A stretch of DNA of 64,000 nucleotides from Candidatus Giovannonibacteria bacterium RIFCSPHIGHO2_01_FULL_45_24 (GTDB lineage Bacteria; Patescibacteriota; Minisyncoccia; UBA11713; 2-01-FULL-45-33), in contig MFHE01000007.1 in the NCBI GenBank assembly GCA_001778495.1, positions 3,996 through 67,995 on the forward strand, read 5' to 3'. Below the pieces are notes generated by a model, which was not told the origin of the DNA, searched no databases, and saw nothing but the letters and a program-made list of their open reading frames with translations. Shown one piece after another: positions 9,702-18,785 of the stretch. The position numbers and the translations under genes are program-made. Every line of letters begins with the position of its first letter. Position 1 is the first letter of the stretch.

Positions 9702-11039
9702 CTAATGGGGTTTTAGCATATTTAAAGCCGATGCGACGCGGGCGATGCTTTTGTCTTTGCCTAGAATCTCCATAATCTCAAACGGGCTCGGGGAGGCCTT
9801 TTTGCCGGTTAGGGCGACCCGGAGGGGCCAAAGAAGCTCTCCCCTATCCTTCAAATCTTCGGCTTTATCCAAAAATATTTTTTCCAGATTTTCTTTTGTG
9901 AAATCTTGAGCGCCAAGAGATTCTAAAATATTTTTTGAAATCTCTAAAGATTTTTTAATTTCAGCATCCGACATATTTTTCCACTTTAAGAGCGCGGTGT
10001 TGTATTCCGGTTCTTTGAAAAAATAGTTGGTTTTTTCCGGAAACTCCGAGAGTTTTTTGAGGCGGAATTGTTCTAAAGCGATGATTTTCTCCAAATATTC
10101 GGGCTTGGAAGCCGGACTTCCAAGTGGAAGACCGGCTTCCATAATGCGCTCTAAAAGCTCCCGAGGCGATTTTTTGCGGATGTATTCTCCATTCATCCAA
10201 TCAAGCTTCGCCGTGTCAAAAATCGCCCCGGCTTTCTGAACACGTTCAAGCTTAAATTCTTTTATTAATTCTTCTTTAGAAAAAATCTCTTTCTCTAGGA
10301 GCTTGCCCAGCACCGAGCTTTGCTCCGGTGCTGGATGCCATCCCAAAAGCGCCGCGAAATTCAAAATAGCTTCTTTGAGGTATCCGTCGTCTAAAAAATC
10401 TTTAACAGCCATCTCCCCTTCTCTCTTTGAAAGTTTCGCCCTGTTTTTATCCAAAATCAGCGGCAGGTGGGCATATTGGGGAAGCTCCCAGCTGAATGCC
10501 TTGTGTAGCGCGATATATTTCGGCATTGAAGAGATGAATTCGTCGCCCCTTATGACATGCGTGATTGCCATATCGTGGTCGTCAACCAAATGGGCTAAAT
10601 TATAAGTCGGGAAACCGTCCGATTTTAAAATCACAAAATCCTCCTGTGTTTTATTTTCTATCCGGATTTCGCCGTGAATGATGTCGGTAAAGCTAGTAAT
10701 GCCGTCTTTCAGCATTTTAAATCTGACGGCATCGCCATCTTCATAGGCAACCCCCTTCGCAAGCAGTTCTTTTGCGCATTCTTTGTATCTTTCTAAGTGT
10801 TCTGATTGCCTGACTGGCCCCTCGTCAAAATCAAGTCCGAATATCCGCAATGTTTCAATAATATTCTCCTCTGCTCCCTCCACAATTCTGGTGCGGTCTG
10901 TGTCTTCTACACGCAAAATAAACTGGCCTCCGTTTTGCCTGGCAAAAAGGTAGTTATACAAAGCGGTACGAAGCCCGCCGACATGCAAAAACCCTGTGGG
11001 ACTTGGGGCAAACCTTGTTCTTACATGTATATTTGACAT
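9702..11039 (-). CDS. gltX: Glutamyl-tRNA synthetase
   Basis: 445 aa. RTRFAPSPTGFLHVGGLRTALYNY (HIGH region) and KLSKR (KMSKS). Confidence 0.95.
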   Translation of the reverse strand: MSNIHVRTRFAPSPTGFLHVGGLRTALYNYLFARQNGGQFILRVEDTDRTRIVEGAEENIIETLRIFGLDFDEGPVRQSEHLERYKECAKELLAKGVAYEDGDAVRFKMLKDGITSFTDIIHGEIRIENKTQEDFVILKSDGFPTYNLAHLVDDHDMAITHVIRGDEFISSMPKYIALHKAFSWELPQYAHLPLILDKNRAKLSKREGEMAVKDFLDDGYLKEAILNFAALLGWHPAPEQSSVLGKLLEKEIFSKEELIKEFKLERVQKAGAIFDTAKLDWMNGEYIRKKSPRELLERIMEAGLPLGSPASKPEYLEKIIALEQFRLKKLSEFPEKTNYFFKEPEYNTALLKWKNMSDAEIKKSLEISKNILESLGAQDFTKENLEKIFLDKAEDLKDRGELLWPLRVALTGKKASPSPFEIMEILGKDKSIARVASALNMLKPH

Positions 11040-11120
11040 CGCAATGGTAAAAGATGGTTTTTAATGATTGCTTTCGGCCTTGTGCTTATTATAATAATGT
11101 TCTTTGCCAAAAATCATAGT

Positions 11121-11152
11121 GTATATTTTGACCGATCGGTTTTTTTGTATAC
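11121..11152. promoter_or_regulatory. Operator-like palindrome S1 (GTATA-N5-ACCGATCGGT-N7-TATAC)
   Basis: gtatattttgACCGATCGGTttttttgtatac. It ends 12 nt before the ATG of the PaaX-like gene at 11164 and overlaps a TATACT -10-like hexamer. Confidence 0.5.
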
Positions 11153-11163
11153 TATAGATTTAT

Positions 11164-11814
11164 ATGCCAAAACATCGGCCTATTTACTTCAAAGACCCTA
11201 ATGTAACTGACCAATATAAAGCGCGGATCAAAGGGTTTATGGATAAACACCCGACAGCAACTTCCGTATCTAAAGCGGTTTTAGCCATTGCTTTGCTTGG
11301 CGGCGTCATTACCGTCGCTTTTGTTGCCCCAGGGCTAGTAAAAATCTTAGGAAAGAACGCCACTGCACACCGGAGGGAGCAGAAAGACCGCTACCGGAAA
11401 TTATGGGAACGTTTTTATACACTTAAAAAACGCGGTATATTTGAACTTAAAAAAGAAAACAGCGATGGGTCTTTAATATATCAGTTTACTGAAAAAGGAC
11501 GTTTGGTTAGTAAAAAATTTTTATTGGAAACATTAGAAATAGAAAATCCGCAAAAGTGGGACGGCAAATGGCGGGTGGTATCATTTGATATTCCGGAAAA
11601 ATATAAATTAGCCCGGCGCGCTTTCCAGCAAAAATTGCGAGAACTTAACTTTTTCCCTCTTCAAAAAAGCGTATGGGTTCATCCTTTCCCGTGCGAAAGC
11701 GAAATTAAATTTTTGTGCAATCTGCTTCAAATAGATCCGTTCGTTGAGATTTTTGTCAGTGAAGAAATTACAAATGGCAAATTGATTTATTATTTTCAGA
11801 ACCTTATCGCTTAA
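11164..11814 (+). CDS. Membrane-anchored wHTH + Cas2-like (PaaX-like) regulator, paralog 1
   Basis: 216 aa. TM helix (VLAIALLGGVITVAFVAPGLV), a wHTH-like segment LKKRGIFELKK...FTEKG, and the motif WDGKWRVVSFDIPEKYKLARRAFQQKLRELNFFPLQKSVWVHP. Confidence 0.7.
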   Translation: MPKHRPIYFKDPNVTDQYKARIKGFMDKHPTATSVSKAVLAIALLGGVITVAFVAPGLVKILGKNATAHRREQKDRYRKLWERFYTLKKRGIFELKKENSDGSLIYQFTEKGRLVSKKFLLETLEIENPQKWDGKWRVVSFDIPEKYKLARRAFQQKLRELNFFPLQKSVWVHPFPCESEIKFLCNLLQIDPFVEIFVSEEITNGKLIYYFQNLIA

Positions 11815-11839
11815 TAGTTTAATATTTCATACTTTGCTG

Positions 11840-12961
11840 CTATTCATGAATTCCTAATTTAATTATTTCTTTTGCGATTTTATCGGCAGCGTCCAAACGA
11901 GCGAAGGCCTGCGCGGCGAGTTTCATTTTTTGAGTTTTCTCTGGGGCCGCCAAAATTTTGTCTATTTCCGAAAGAAGCAGGTGCGGAGCAAGGTTTGTTT
12001 CCTCTAGCACTTCCGCTCCGCCGAACCTTGCGTAAATGTAGGCGTTTTCCCGCTGGTGGTCCTGCGCCGCCGAAGGCAGGGGAATTAAAATCGCTGGGGC
12101 TCCCCAAGCAGCTATCTCAAAAATCATGGAAGAAGCCCTTGAAACGATGAGGTTTGCGGCCCGGGAAGCGTTTCTGAGCTCCCCTTCCCCCAAAAAGCCG
12201 TAAGGATGGTATCTGCTCTTGTATTCGCTTTTTGCCAGAATGACGCGCGCGCGCCCCGAAACGTCTCCAAAATTATTTTTGCCGGTCTGGTGTATGATTT
12301 GATATTTTTTAACTGCCTCCGGGAGCATCGCGAGCGCGGTTTCGTTTATTTTCTCCGAACCCTGCGACGAGCCCAAAACCAAAATCGTAGGAACTCCTTC
12401 TTCCAATTTAAAATATTCAACCGCCTCCGCCAGATTCCCGCCGATTATCTGCTGGCGGACGGGGTTGCCAGTCACGGCCGCGTTTTTGCCGGGGAAATAT
12501 TTCGCCGCCTCGGCGAATGAAAGCGCTATCCTTTGTGCCCACCCGCCAGCCCAGCGGCTCACAAGCCCCGGAATGGCGTCGGAGTCGTGGATTATGACCG
12601 GTATTTTTAAAACGCGCGCGGCGAGCAAAGTCGGGAAGCTGGCGTACCCGCCTTTTGAAAAAATTACGTCCGGCATCAAAAAATACACCCTCCAAATAGC
12701 CCAAGGTGCGCCGAAAACGGTCTTTAGGGTATCCGGCAAATATCTTAGGGAAAAATATCTCCTCATTTTGCCCGCCGGGATTTTTATGAATTTTATGCCC
12801 TCGGCCAGCAAAAGTTCTTTGTCCGCAGGCTCATCGGACATAAAAAATAAATCCAGCCGCGCTATGTTCTCGGATTCGGCAATCTTTTTAAGGGATCTGG
12901 CGACAGCAATCAATGGGTAGAAATGCCCGCCGGTTCCGCCGCCAGTAAGAACTACTTTCAT
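11840..12961 (-). CDS. murG: UDP-GlcNAc:lipid I N-acetylglucosaminyltransferase MurG
   Basis: 373 aa. MKVVLTGGGTGGHFYPLIAVA N-terminus and the HQxEN region (DHQRENA). Confidence 0.95.
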   Translation of the reverse strand: MKVVLTGGGTGGHFYPLIAVARSLKKIAESENIARLDLFFMSDEPADKELLLAEGIKFIKIPAGKMRRYFSLRYLPDTLKTVFGAPWAIWRVYFLMPDVIFSKGGYASFPTLLAARVLKIPVIIHDSDAIPGLVSRWAGGWAQRIALSFAEAAKYFPGKNAAVTGNPVRQQIIGGNLAEAVEYFKLEEGVPTILVLGSSQGSEKINETALAMLPEAVKKYQIIHQTGKNNFGDVSGRARVILAKSEYKSRYHPYGFLGEGELRNASRAANLIVSRASSMIFEIAAWGAPAILIPLPSAAQDHQRENAYIYARFGGAEVLEETNLAPHLLLSEIDKILAAPEKTQKMKLAAQAFARLDAADKIAKEIIKLGIHE

Positions 12962-14055
12962 ATTTTTCTTTTGGAAACGTTAAGAATAATGCCGACTTCG
13001 GCCAAAGTAAGCGCCAAAGACGAACCGCCGTAGCTTACAAAAGCAAGCGGTATCCCCGTAAGCGGCAGGAGCCCGATTATGGCGGATATGTTTATTAAAA
13101 CCTGAAACATAATTAAAAATAAAATTCCGGCGCACAAGAGCTTCCCAAAAAGATCCGGCGCGCGGTTTGCCACCCACATGCCCCTCAAAAAAAATAAAAG
13201 AAACGCCCCAAGAAGCAAAATCGCGCCCAAAAACCCTAGCTCTTCTGCGAAAACCGCGAAAATAGAATCCCCTATCGGCTCGGGCAAATAGCTGAACTTC
13301 TGGCGAGAAAGCCCGAGCCCTCTGCCGAAAAGCCCGCCAGACCCCACGGCGATAAGCGCCTGGTTTATCTGGTAACCGCTCCCCTGTGGATCGCTCTGGC
13401 GGTTTAAAAACACTTTCAAACGTTCTTTTCGGTAAGGCTCAACGGCTATAAGTACACTTATAATAACCAGTCCGATGGCGGAAAGCAAAGCTATTTGTTT
13501 AAAGCTTCCTCCGCTTATGAAGAAGAGCGCCAAAACCGAAATCATCAAAACCACCAAAGTTCCGATGTCCGGCTGCATGACTAAAAAAGAAGCGATGAAA
13601 GCGCTCATGATGGCAAACGGCAAAAGGCCGAATTTAAAAGAGCCGATGGATTTTGATTTGGATTCAATCCAGGCGGCGAGATACGCAATGTAAGCAAGCT
13701 TTAAAAACTCAGCTGGCTGGAAAGACACGCTTCCAAATGCCAGCCAGCGCCTCGCGCCGCCATGGAGAAGCCCGATGCCGGGGATTAAAACCAAAGACAT
13801 CAGAAAAATCGCCAAAAGCAGCAGGGGCAGCGCGAATTTTTTCCATTTTTCGTAAGGGATTTTATAGGTTGCGTAAAGCAACGCGAGCCCCGGCAAAACG
13901 CCGTAGAGAACCTGATGCAGAAAATAATAATACGGCGAGCCGAATTTGGACATTGAAAACCCGATTGACGCAGATGCCAAAATAAAAAGCCCGAAAAGCG
14001 TAAGAAAAATGGAAAGGAAGAAAAATATTTTGTCGTATGAGCCGGCCCTCCTCAT
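12958..14055 (-). CDS. ftsW: SEDS family peptidoglycan polymerase FtsW/RodA
   Basis: 365 aa polytopic membrane protein. Contains QPAEFLKLAYI and the GLGLSRQKFSYLPEPIGDSIFA motif. Sits between murG and mraY. Confidence 0.9.
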   Translation of the reverse strand: MRRAGSYDKIFFFLSIFLTLFGLFILASASIGFSMSKFGSPYYYFLHQVLYGVLPGLALLYATYKIPYEKWKKFALPLLLLAIFLMSLVLIPGIGLLHGGARRWLAFGSVSFQPAEFLKLAYIAYLAAWIESKSKSIGSFKFGLLPFAIMSAFIASFLVMQPDIGTLVVLMISVLALFFISGGSFKQIALLSAIGLVIISVLIAVEPYRKERLKVFLNRQSDPQGSGYQINQALIAVGSGGLFGRGLGLSRQKFSYLPEPIGDSIFAVFAEELGFLGAILLLGAFLLFFLRGMWVANRAPDLFGKLLCAGILFLIMFQVLINISAIIGLLPLTGIPLAFVSYGGSSLALTLAEVGIILNVSKRKI

Positions 14056-14056
14056 T

Positions 14057-15601
14057 TCATTTTTTTCTTAGAACCACTCCGTGCCTTTCCGGCAAAACCG
14101 CCCCCTCCTCAATAGCAAGCTTGCCCGAAATCAAGAGAAAACGGAGTCCGGATGCGTATCTGTAAGGGTTTTTATAAGTCGCGCTGTCTTTAAATTCCTC
14201 GGGATGGAAAATGGCGACGTCGGCAATATATTTCGGTTTCAAAAAGCCGCGATCGGAAAAACCTGCGGCCTTCGCCGGCAAAGAAGTTATTTTAGCGACG
14301 GCGTCGCCCAAAGGAATTTTCGCCCTGGCAGATATTAAATTAAAGAATCTCGGGAAAGCGCCGAAAGACCGCGGGTGCGCCAAGTTCCCGAAACGGCTCT
14401 CTGCAACATCATATCCGGCGCCGTCGGAAGCGATTATGCTCCCGGCATATTTCGCGCCCGTAAGCAAATTTGGTTCGCTTAAGGTTTTGCCAAATACGGA
14501 AATGTTCAGGCCGTTTATCTTTAAAAGCTCAACCATAAGTATTTCCGGCTCAATGCCGGCGCGCGCCGAAAGCTTTCCCAAATCCTTGCCGACGACACTT
14601 TTGTCGTTGAGAGCGGATGCAATAAGAATTCTTTCTGGGTGCAGCGTTGCCGATTTAAGTTCGGCCAGGATTTTTGCCGATATTGCCGGGTCTCCCAGTT
14701 TTCTTAAAACGTCTTCGCTCACGCCCTCCCTTGCCCAGGCCGGCAGGAGAGAAACAAGCATTGAACCAGTGCGCAGATACGGGAAGACATCAAAGGATAT
14801 TGCCACTCCTTCATTTTGGGCGGCGTTTATTATCCCAAGCGCTCCCTCAAAGTCCGCCCAAGCTCCCCTGCCGACCGCTTTGAAATGTGAGATTACCGTG
14901 CGCGCGGCGCTTTCGCGCGCCAAGGAAACCACGGAGGACACGGACGGCAGAAAGTTTTTGCCCTCGTCGCGGATATGCACTTTGTAAAGCCCGCCTTGTT
15001 TTTTTACGGCGGCGAGCAATCCAAGAAGCTCGCCCTCCTCGTCTCCGTTCCAATCCGCGAAAGAAAAATTGCTGCTCATCCCCCAAGCGCCCTCAGAAAA
15101 GGATTTTTCTAAAAGAAACAGCCGCTCCTCTTTGGAATTCGCGTTTCTTTTCAAGGTCTCGTGGCCTACCAATGTCGCGACGTTAACCCCGACGCCCAAA
15201 CGCTCTATGTTTTCATAGTATTCCGAGAGGGAATTCCAATTTATCGGCACAGAAAATCCGGTTGTCCAGCGCTCAAGCCCCAAAAGCGATTCGCGCCTCG
15301 CCACCGGCGCCAAAGATTCTCCGCAATTTCCGACCAAAATTGTCGTTACTCCTTGCCGCAATAAGCTTTCTTGAGAAGGCACAAAAAAAAGCGTTCCGTA
15401 AACGTCGGAGTGGTTGGTAATATCCACAAAACCCGGAGTTACGTAGAGATTGGTAGCGTCAATAATCCGTTCGGCCGCCTCGCCAGAAAGATTTCCGATT
15501 TTTGCGATGCGGTCAGCCGAGACACCAATATCTGCCGAATAGGGAGCATTTCCAGAGCCGTCTATCACTGTCCCGTTTTTTATCAAAATAGAAAAAGCCA
15601 T
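14057..15601 (-). CDS. D-aminoacylase-family amidohydrolase
   Basis: 514 aa. ILIKNGTVIDGSG...PGFVDITNHSD...QGVTTILVGNCGESLAP aligns by eye with N-acyl-D-amino-acid deacylases. The HxH motif reads TNH here. Confidence 0.8.
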   Translation of the reverse strand: MAFSILIKNGTVIDGSGNAPYSADIGVSADRIAKIGNLSGEAAERIIDATNLYVTPGFVDITNHSDVYGTLFFVPSQESLLRQGVTTILVGNCGESLAPVARRESLLGLERWTTGFSVPINWNSLSEYYENIERLGVGVNVATLVGHETLKRNANSKEERLFLLEKSFSEGAWGMSSNFSFADWNGDEEGELLGLLAAVKKQGGLYKVHIRDEGKNFLPSVSSVVSLARESAARTVISHFKAVGRGAWADFEGALGIINAAQNEGVAISFDVFPYLRTGSMLVSLLPAWAREGVSEDVLRKLGDPAISAKILAELKSATLHPERILIASALNDKSVVGKDLGKLSARAGIEPEILMVELLKINGLNISVFGKTLSEPNLLTGAKYAGSIIASDGAGYDVAESRFGNLAHPRSFGAFPRFFNLISARAKIPLGDAVAKITSLPAKAAGFSDRGFLKPKYIADVAIFHPEEFKDSATYKNPYRYASGLRFLLISGKLAIEEGAVLPERHGVVLRKK

Positions 15602-15604
15602 AAT

Positions 15605-16672
15605 TTAAACTCTGCTTACAAAATGTAAAATCATGCCGAAAATCGCAAAAACAACGGAGAGAATCCAAAAGCGCATAACGACCTTTTCCGCCGGCCAGCC
15701 AATCGCTTCAAAATGATGATGTATCGGGGCGACCAAAAACACCTTGCGACCAAAAAGTTTTTTTGAGGAAAGCTGGATAATTACAGAGAGCGATTCCAAA
15801 ACCAGCGGGAAGGCGATGATTGGCAAAACAGCGACCGCGTTCGTAAGAAAAGCCACAGTTGCCAAAGTTGTGGTAAGGGCCATAATTCCCGTCTCGGACA
15901 TATAAAATCGGGCGGGCGGGATGTTGAACCACAAAAACGCCAAAATTGCGCCGGCGATAACCGCGCAAAATGCCGCGATGTTTATCTGGTCTTGAAAAAA
16001 TGCGATGCCGGCGTAAGCCGCAAAAATTGAAGCGAATACTCCGCCGGAGAGGCCGTCCAAGCCGTCAATTACCCCGCCCGAAAAAGTCGCCCACATAACC
16101 AAAATAAAAAGCGGGATAAAATAAACTCCCAGCCATAAGTCTCCAATCCCGGGAATAAAAATCGAATCCTGCCCCAATTTAAAATAAAACCAATAGGCCC
16201 CCAGAGCCGCGATAATAGTGATTAAAAGAAGTCTTCTGGTAAAAGTAAGCCCTCCTCCGCGGTAAGCGCCTTTTTGAAACACAAGGAGCAAGTCGTCCAA
16301 AAGCCCGACCATAGCCCCGGAAAATAAAATCCCCAACGGCACCCAGGTCTGCCCGCGGGAGAGAAAATTAAGCTTTAAAAAAATCGGGTCGTCGGAAATG
16401 ACCGGCAAAATCCTGAAAATCGCGGCAACAGCGAGAACCGTCGCCCAAATTAAGATGCCCCCCATCCGCGGGGCCTTTGTTTCGCGCTCCTTGTGGAGCT
16501 GGTTAAAAATCGGCGTCGGCGCGCCGTCGGGCGCGGTGGTGCGCGCGTCCTTCCGCCACATTTTGTATTTATAAAGATAATGCGTCAGAATCGGCGTCAG
16601 CGCCACACCCAAGAAAAACGCGAACCCCCCCAGCCCAAGCACTTTATAGATGTTTAAAATAGTATCCTGCAT
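15605..16672 (-). CDS. mraY: Phospho-N-acetylmuramoyl-pentapeptide transferase MraY
   Basis: 355 aa polytopic membrane protein. Contains GLLDDLL, DGLDGL and APIHHHFE motifs. Confidence 0.95.
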   Translation of the reverse strand: MQDTILNIYKVLGLGGFAFFLGVALTPILTHYLYKYKMWRKDARTTAPDGAPTPIFNQLHKERETKAPRMGGILIWATVLAVAAIFRILPVISDDPIFLKLNFLSRGQTWVPLGILFSGAMVGLLDDLLLVFQKGAYRGGGLTFTRRLLLITIIAALGAYWFYFKLGQDSIFIPGIGDLWLGVYFIPLFILVMWATFSGGVIDGLDGLSGGVFASIFAAYAGIAFFQDQINIAAFCAVIAGAILAFLWFNIPPARFYMSETGIMALTTTLATVAFLTNAVAVLPIIAFPLVLESLSVIIQLSSKKLFGRKVFLVAPIHHHFEAIGWPAEKVVMRFWILSVVFAIFGMILHFVSRV

Positions 16673-16763
16673 TTGGCTTTATTTTAACATTTTTTAGAAT
16701 AAAAAATAGCCGGTTTCCGCGAAAACTCTTTTTTGAGTCTCCGCAAGAAACAGGCTCTTAAAA

Positions 16764-17162
16764 CTACTTTACCCGTTCGCAGCGTATATAAAGAGCCGCT
16801 ACTTCCGCGTACTTAGGCGACGGGGGGTAATACTTCACCACCTCATCAGCGCGCCGTGAAAGCAAATCCAACGGATATTCAATCATGCTTTCATTACAAC
16901 TCCCCCAAGCAAGAAGTGTGGATTCTTCTTTAACGCCGCGCAAAACAGCCGCAACTTCACCGTTTCTCATCTTAATCAAATCTCCCCTCTCCGCCGCACG
17001 GAGCTGCGAGGTCACATCAGCCTGCCGATTGGCTTCGGCAAACCGGGCCGAAAACTGTTCAGCGGTCAACGAAACTTTCGTTGGCCTTTGGCTAATATAA
17101 ACACCCACCAGTACCGCTATCGTGAATAAAACCGCGAAACCTGCCATTAATTTTTCAGACAT
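16764..17162 (-). CDS. Hypothetical membrane-anchored protein (SD-bearing orphan)
   Basis: 132 aa with one N-terminal TM helix. A strong SD (GGGAGGG) lies 8 nt before the ATG. No family recognised. Confidence 0.6.
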   Translation of the reverse strand: MSEKLMAGFAVLFTIAVLVGVYISQRPTKVSLTAEQFSARFAEANRQADVTSQLRAAERGDLIKMRNGEVAAVLRGVKEESTLLAWGSCNESMIEYPLDLLSRRADEVVKYYPPSPKYAEVAALYIRCERVK

Positions 17163-17232
17163 GAAATTACCCTCCCTTTCCTGATTTTTCTATTTGCAAT
17201 TATACTCCTATTTTAATTAAAAGTCAAGTATG

Positions 17233-17262
17233 CAAAAACCCTTATTTTATAAGGGGTTTTTA
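17233..17262. terminator. Bidirectional-looking intrinsic terminator
   Basis: aaaaaCCCTTATtttATAAGGGgttttt: a 7-bp stem flanked by an A-run and a T-run, downstream of the carboxypeptidase gene. Confidence 0.65.
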
Positions 17263-17281
17263 TTACTTGTATTCTATGGTG

Positions 17282-17309
17282 TGCAATATAACCGATCGGT
17301 TGATTTGCA
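17282..17309. promoter_or_regulatory. Operator-like palindrome S2 (TGCAA-N4-ACCGATCGGT-N4-TTGCA)
   Basis: tgcaatataACCGATCGGTtgatttgca, an intergenic site. A second inverted repeat, CATACAA-N5-TTGTATG, follows immediately at 17308-17326. Confidence 0.5.
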
Positions 17310-17340
17310 TACAATAAATTTGTATGTTCTAAATCTATTT

Positions 17341-18195
17341 TTATAATTTTATCCACTCCAAAATCCTTTTGGCGTCTGAAAAACGGCCCTGCTCCGAAGA
17401 GCCCAAAACGACGATGCCGAGGGGGCGGCCGATTGGATATTCAACGATAACCAGCAAATTGCCGCCGGCTAAATCCGTGTATCCGGTTTTGGCGCCGATG
17501 AGCGGCGTGAGCTCCGGCGCGAGAGCGTTTGTCGGCTTGAGCGCGTGCCGTATCCCCTCGCGCGAAATTATTTCCCTTGTTTCCCCGAACTGCCACAAAG
17601 GCGAGCCGAGCGATGCTTCGGCAATTTTCATAACGTCTTCCGCCGAGCCGTAGCCGCCGGCCGTATCCGTTGAAATATCAAGGCCGGAGATATTGTAAAA
17701 ATTCATTGAAAGCGCGCCAAAGGACTCCGCTTTTTGCCTCATTAAATCCAAAAACCAATCCCGATTCTTGTTCTCTTTTTGAATAGTGTGCTCAACAAGA
17801 GCAGAAATTGCGTCATTTGAAGATTCAACTATCACCATCGCCAAAAGATCGCCGATTTTAAAATGCTCTCTCACCCTTAAAGAGCTTGGCTCCGGGGCTT
17901 CTATCGCGTCTCTTGAGACAGCAACCTCTTCATCGGCCATGTTTTCATCCAAAATCACCAAAGCGCTTATGATTTTTGCGATGCTTGCCAGTGGCAATGG
18001 CTCCTTTTCATTTTTTTTTAATAAAATCTCGTGGCTCACCAAATCTTTAGCTAAAGCCGACCTCGCCTCAATCTCCGGAGCGGGAGATTGCGGAGCCGCG
18101 GACGGCCGCGCGGCCCTTTTCTCAACTTTTATAAAAGAGGAGATTAAAAGAAACAAAATGGCAAAGATAAAAATTGCCGGTTTCTTCATTTTCAT
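17341..18195 (-). CDS. D-alanyl-D-alanine carboxypeptidase (S11, PBP5-like)
   Basis: 284 aa. Signal/TM segment and the SxxK (SIAK), SxN (SSND) and KTG (KTGYT) motifs. Confidence 0.85.
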   Translation of the reverse strand: MKMKKPAIFIFAILFLLISSFIKVEKRAARPSAAPQSPAPEIEARSALAKDLVSHEILLKKNEKEPLPLASIAKIISALVILDENMADEEVAVSRDAIEAPEPSSLRVREHFKIGDLLAMVIVESSNDAISALVEHTIQKENKNRDWFLDLMRQKAESFGALSMNFYNISGLDISTDTAGGYGSAEDVMKIAEASLGSPLWQFGETREIISREGIRHALKPTNALAPELTPLIGAKTGYTDLAGGNLLVIVEYPIGRPLGIVVLGSSEQGRFSDAKRILEWIKL

Positions 18196-18785
18196 TGCGT
18201 TTCGGAAGCGGTCTTAAGAAATTCTTCAAGCTTTTGGGCGAAGTTTCCGTACTCCGGCAGTTCGGAAATTGAAGCAACGCCCAAAAATTTAAGAAAGTCG
18301 GCCGAAACCATGTATAAAAAGGCGCGGGAATCTTTTTGGTCGCGCACGCGCTCAATCAGCCCGCGCATCAGCAAATTACGAATTATAAAAGAGGAGTTCA
18401 CACCGCGTATATAATCTATGTCAAAACGTTTCAGCGGCCCTTTGTAGGATATGATTGTAAGCGTCTCCAGCGCGGCGCGCGTAAGCTCGCCGTCAAATTC
18501 TTCTTTAGCGAAATCTTCCACAAGTTTTGAAACTTCTTTGGAACTTACCAAAGAAGCCCTGTCCTGGTCTTTTAAAAGCGCGAGCGCGTGCTCCCCTGCC
18601 AGATGTTTTTCCAGCTCATCCAAAGATTCTCTTATCTCCTTTTCGCTTTTTTTAAGAAGCGAGGCAAGACGCGAAATCGCCATCCCCTCGCCGGAAACAA
18701 ACAGCAGCGCTTCTATTTTCTTAGCCAATTCATTCATTGTTATTTTTCTTAAGCTCAATGTTGCCAAATAATTTTTTTTGCTCAA
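18192..18785 (-). CDS. scpB: Segregation and condensation protein B
   Basis: IEALLFVSGEGMAISRLASLL and ISYKGPLKRFDIDYIRGVNSSFIIRNLLMRGLI. The true start is probably the internal MNELAKK. Confidence 0.85.
   Translation of the reverse strand: MSKKNYLATLSLRKITMNELAKKIEALLFVSGEGMAISRLASLLKKSEKEIRESLDELEKHLAGEHALALLKDQDRASLVSSKEVSKLVEDFAKEEFDGELTRAALETLTIISYKGPLKRFDIDYIRGVNSSFIIRNLLMRGLIERVRDQKDSRAFLYMVSADFLKFLGVASISELPEYGNFAQKLEEFLKTASETQ

Noticed and set aside
14211-14987. A 258-aa plus-strand ORF.
   Set aside because: It is antisense to the amidohydrolase gene, whose product has clear family motifs. The same reasoning applies to 5288-6094, 34693-35367, 19849-20439, 27684-28241, 37614-38153, 47802-48419 and 48456-49031.
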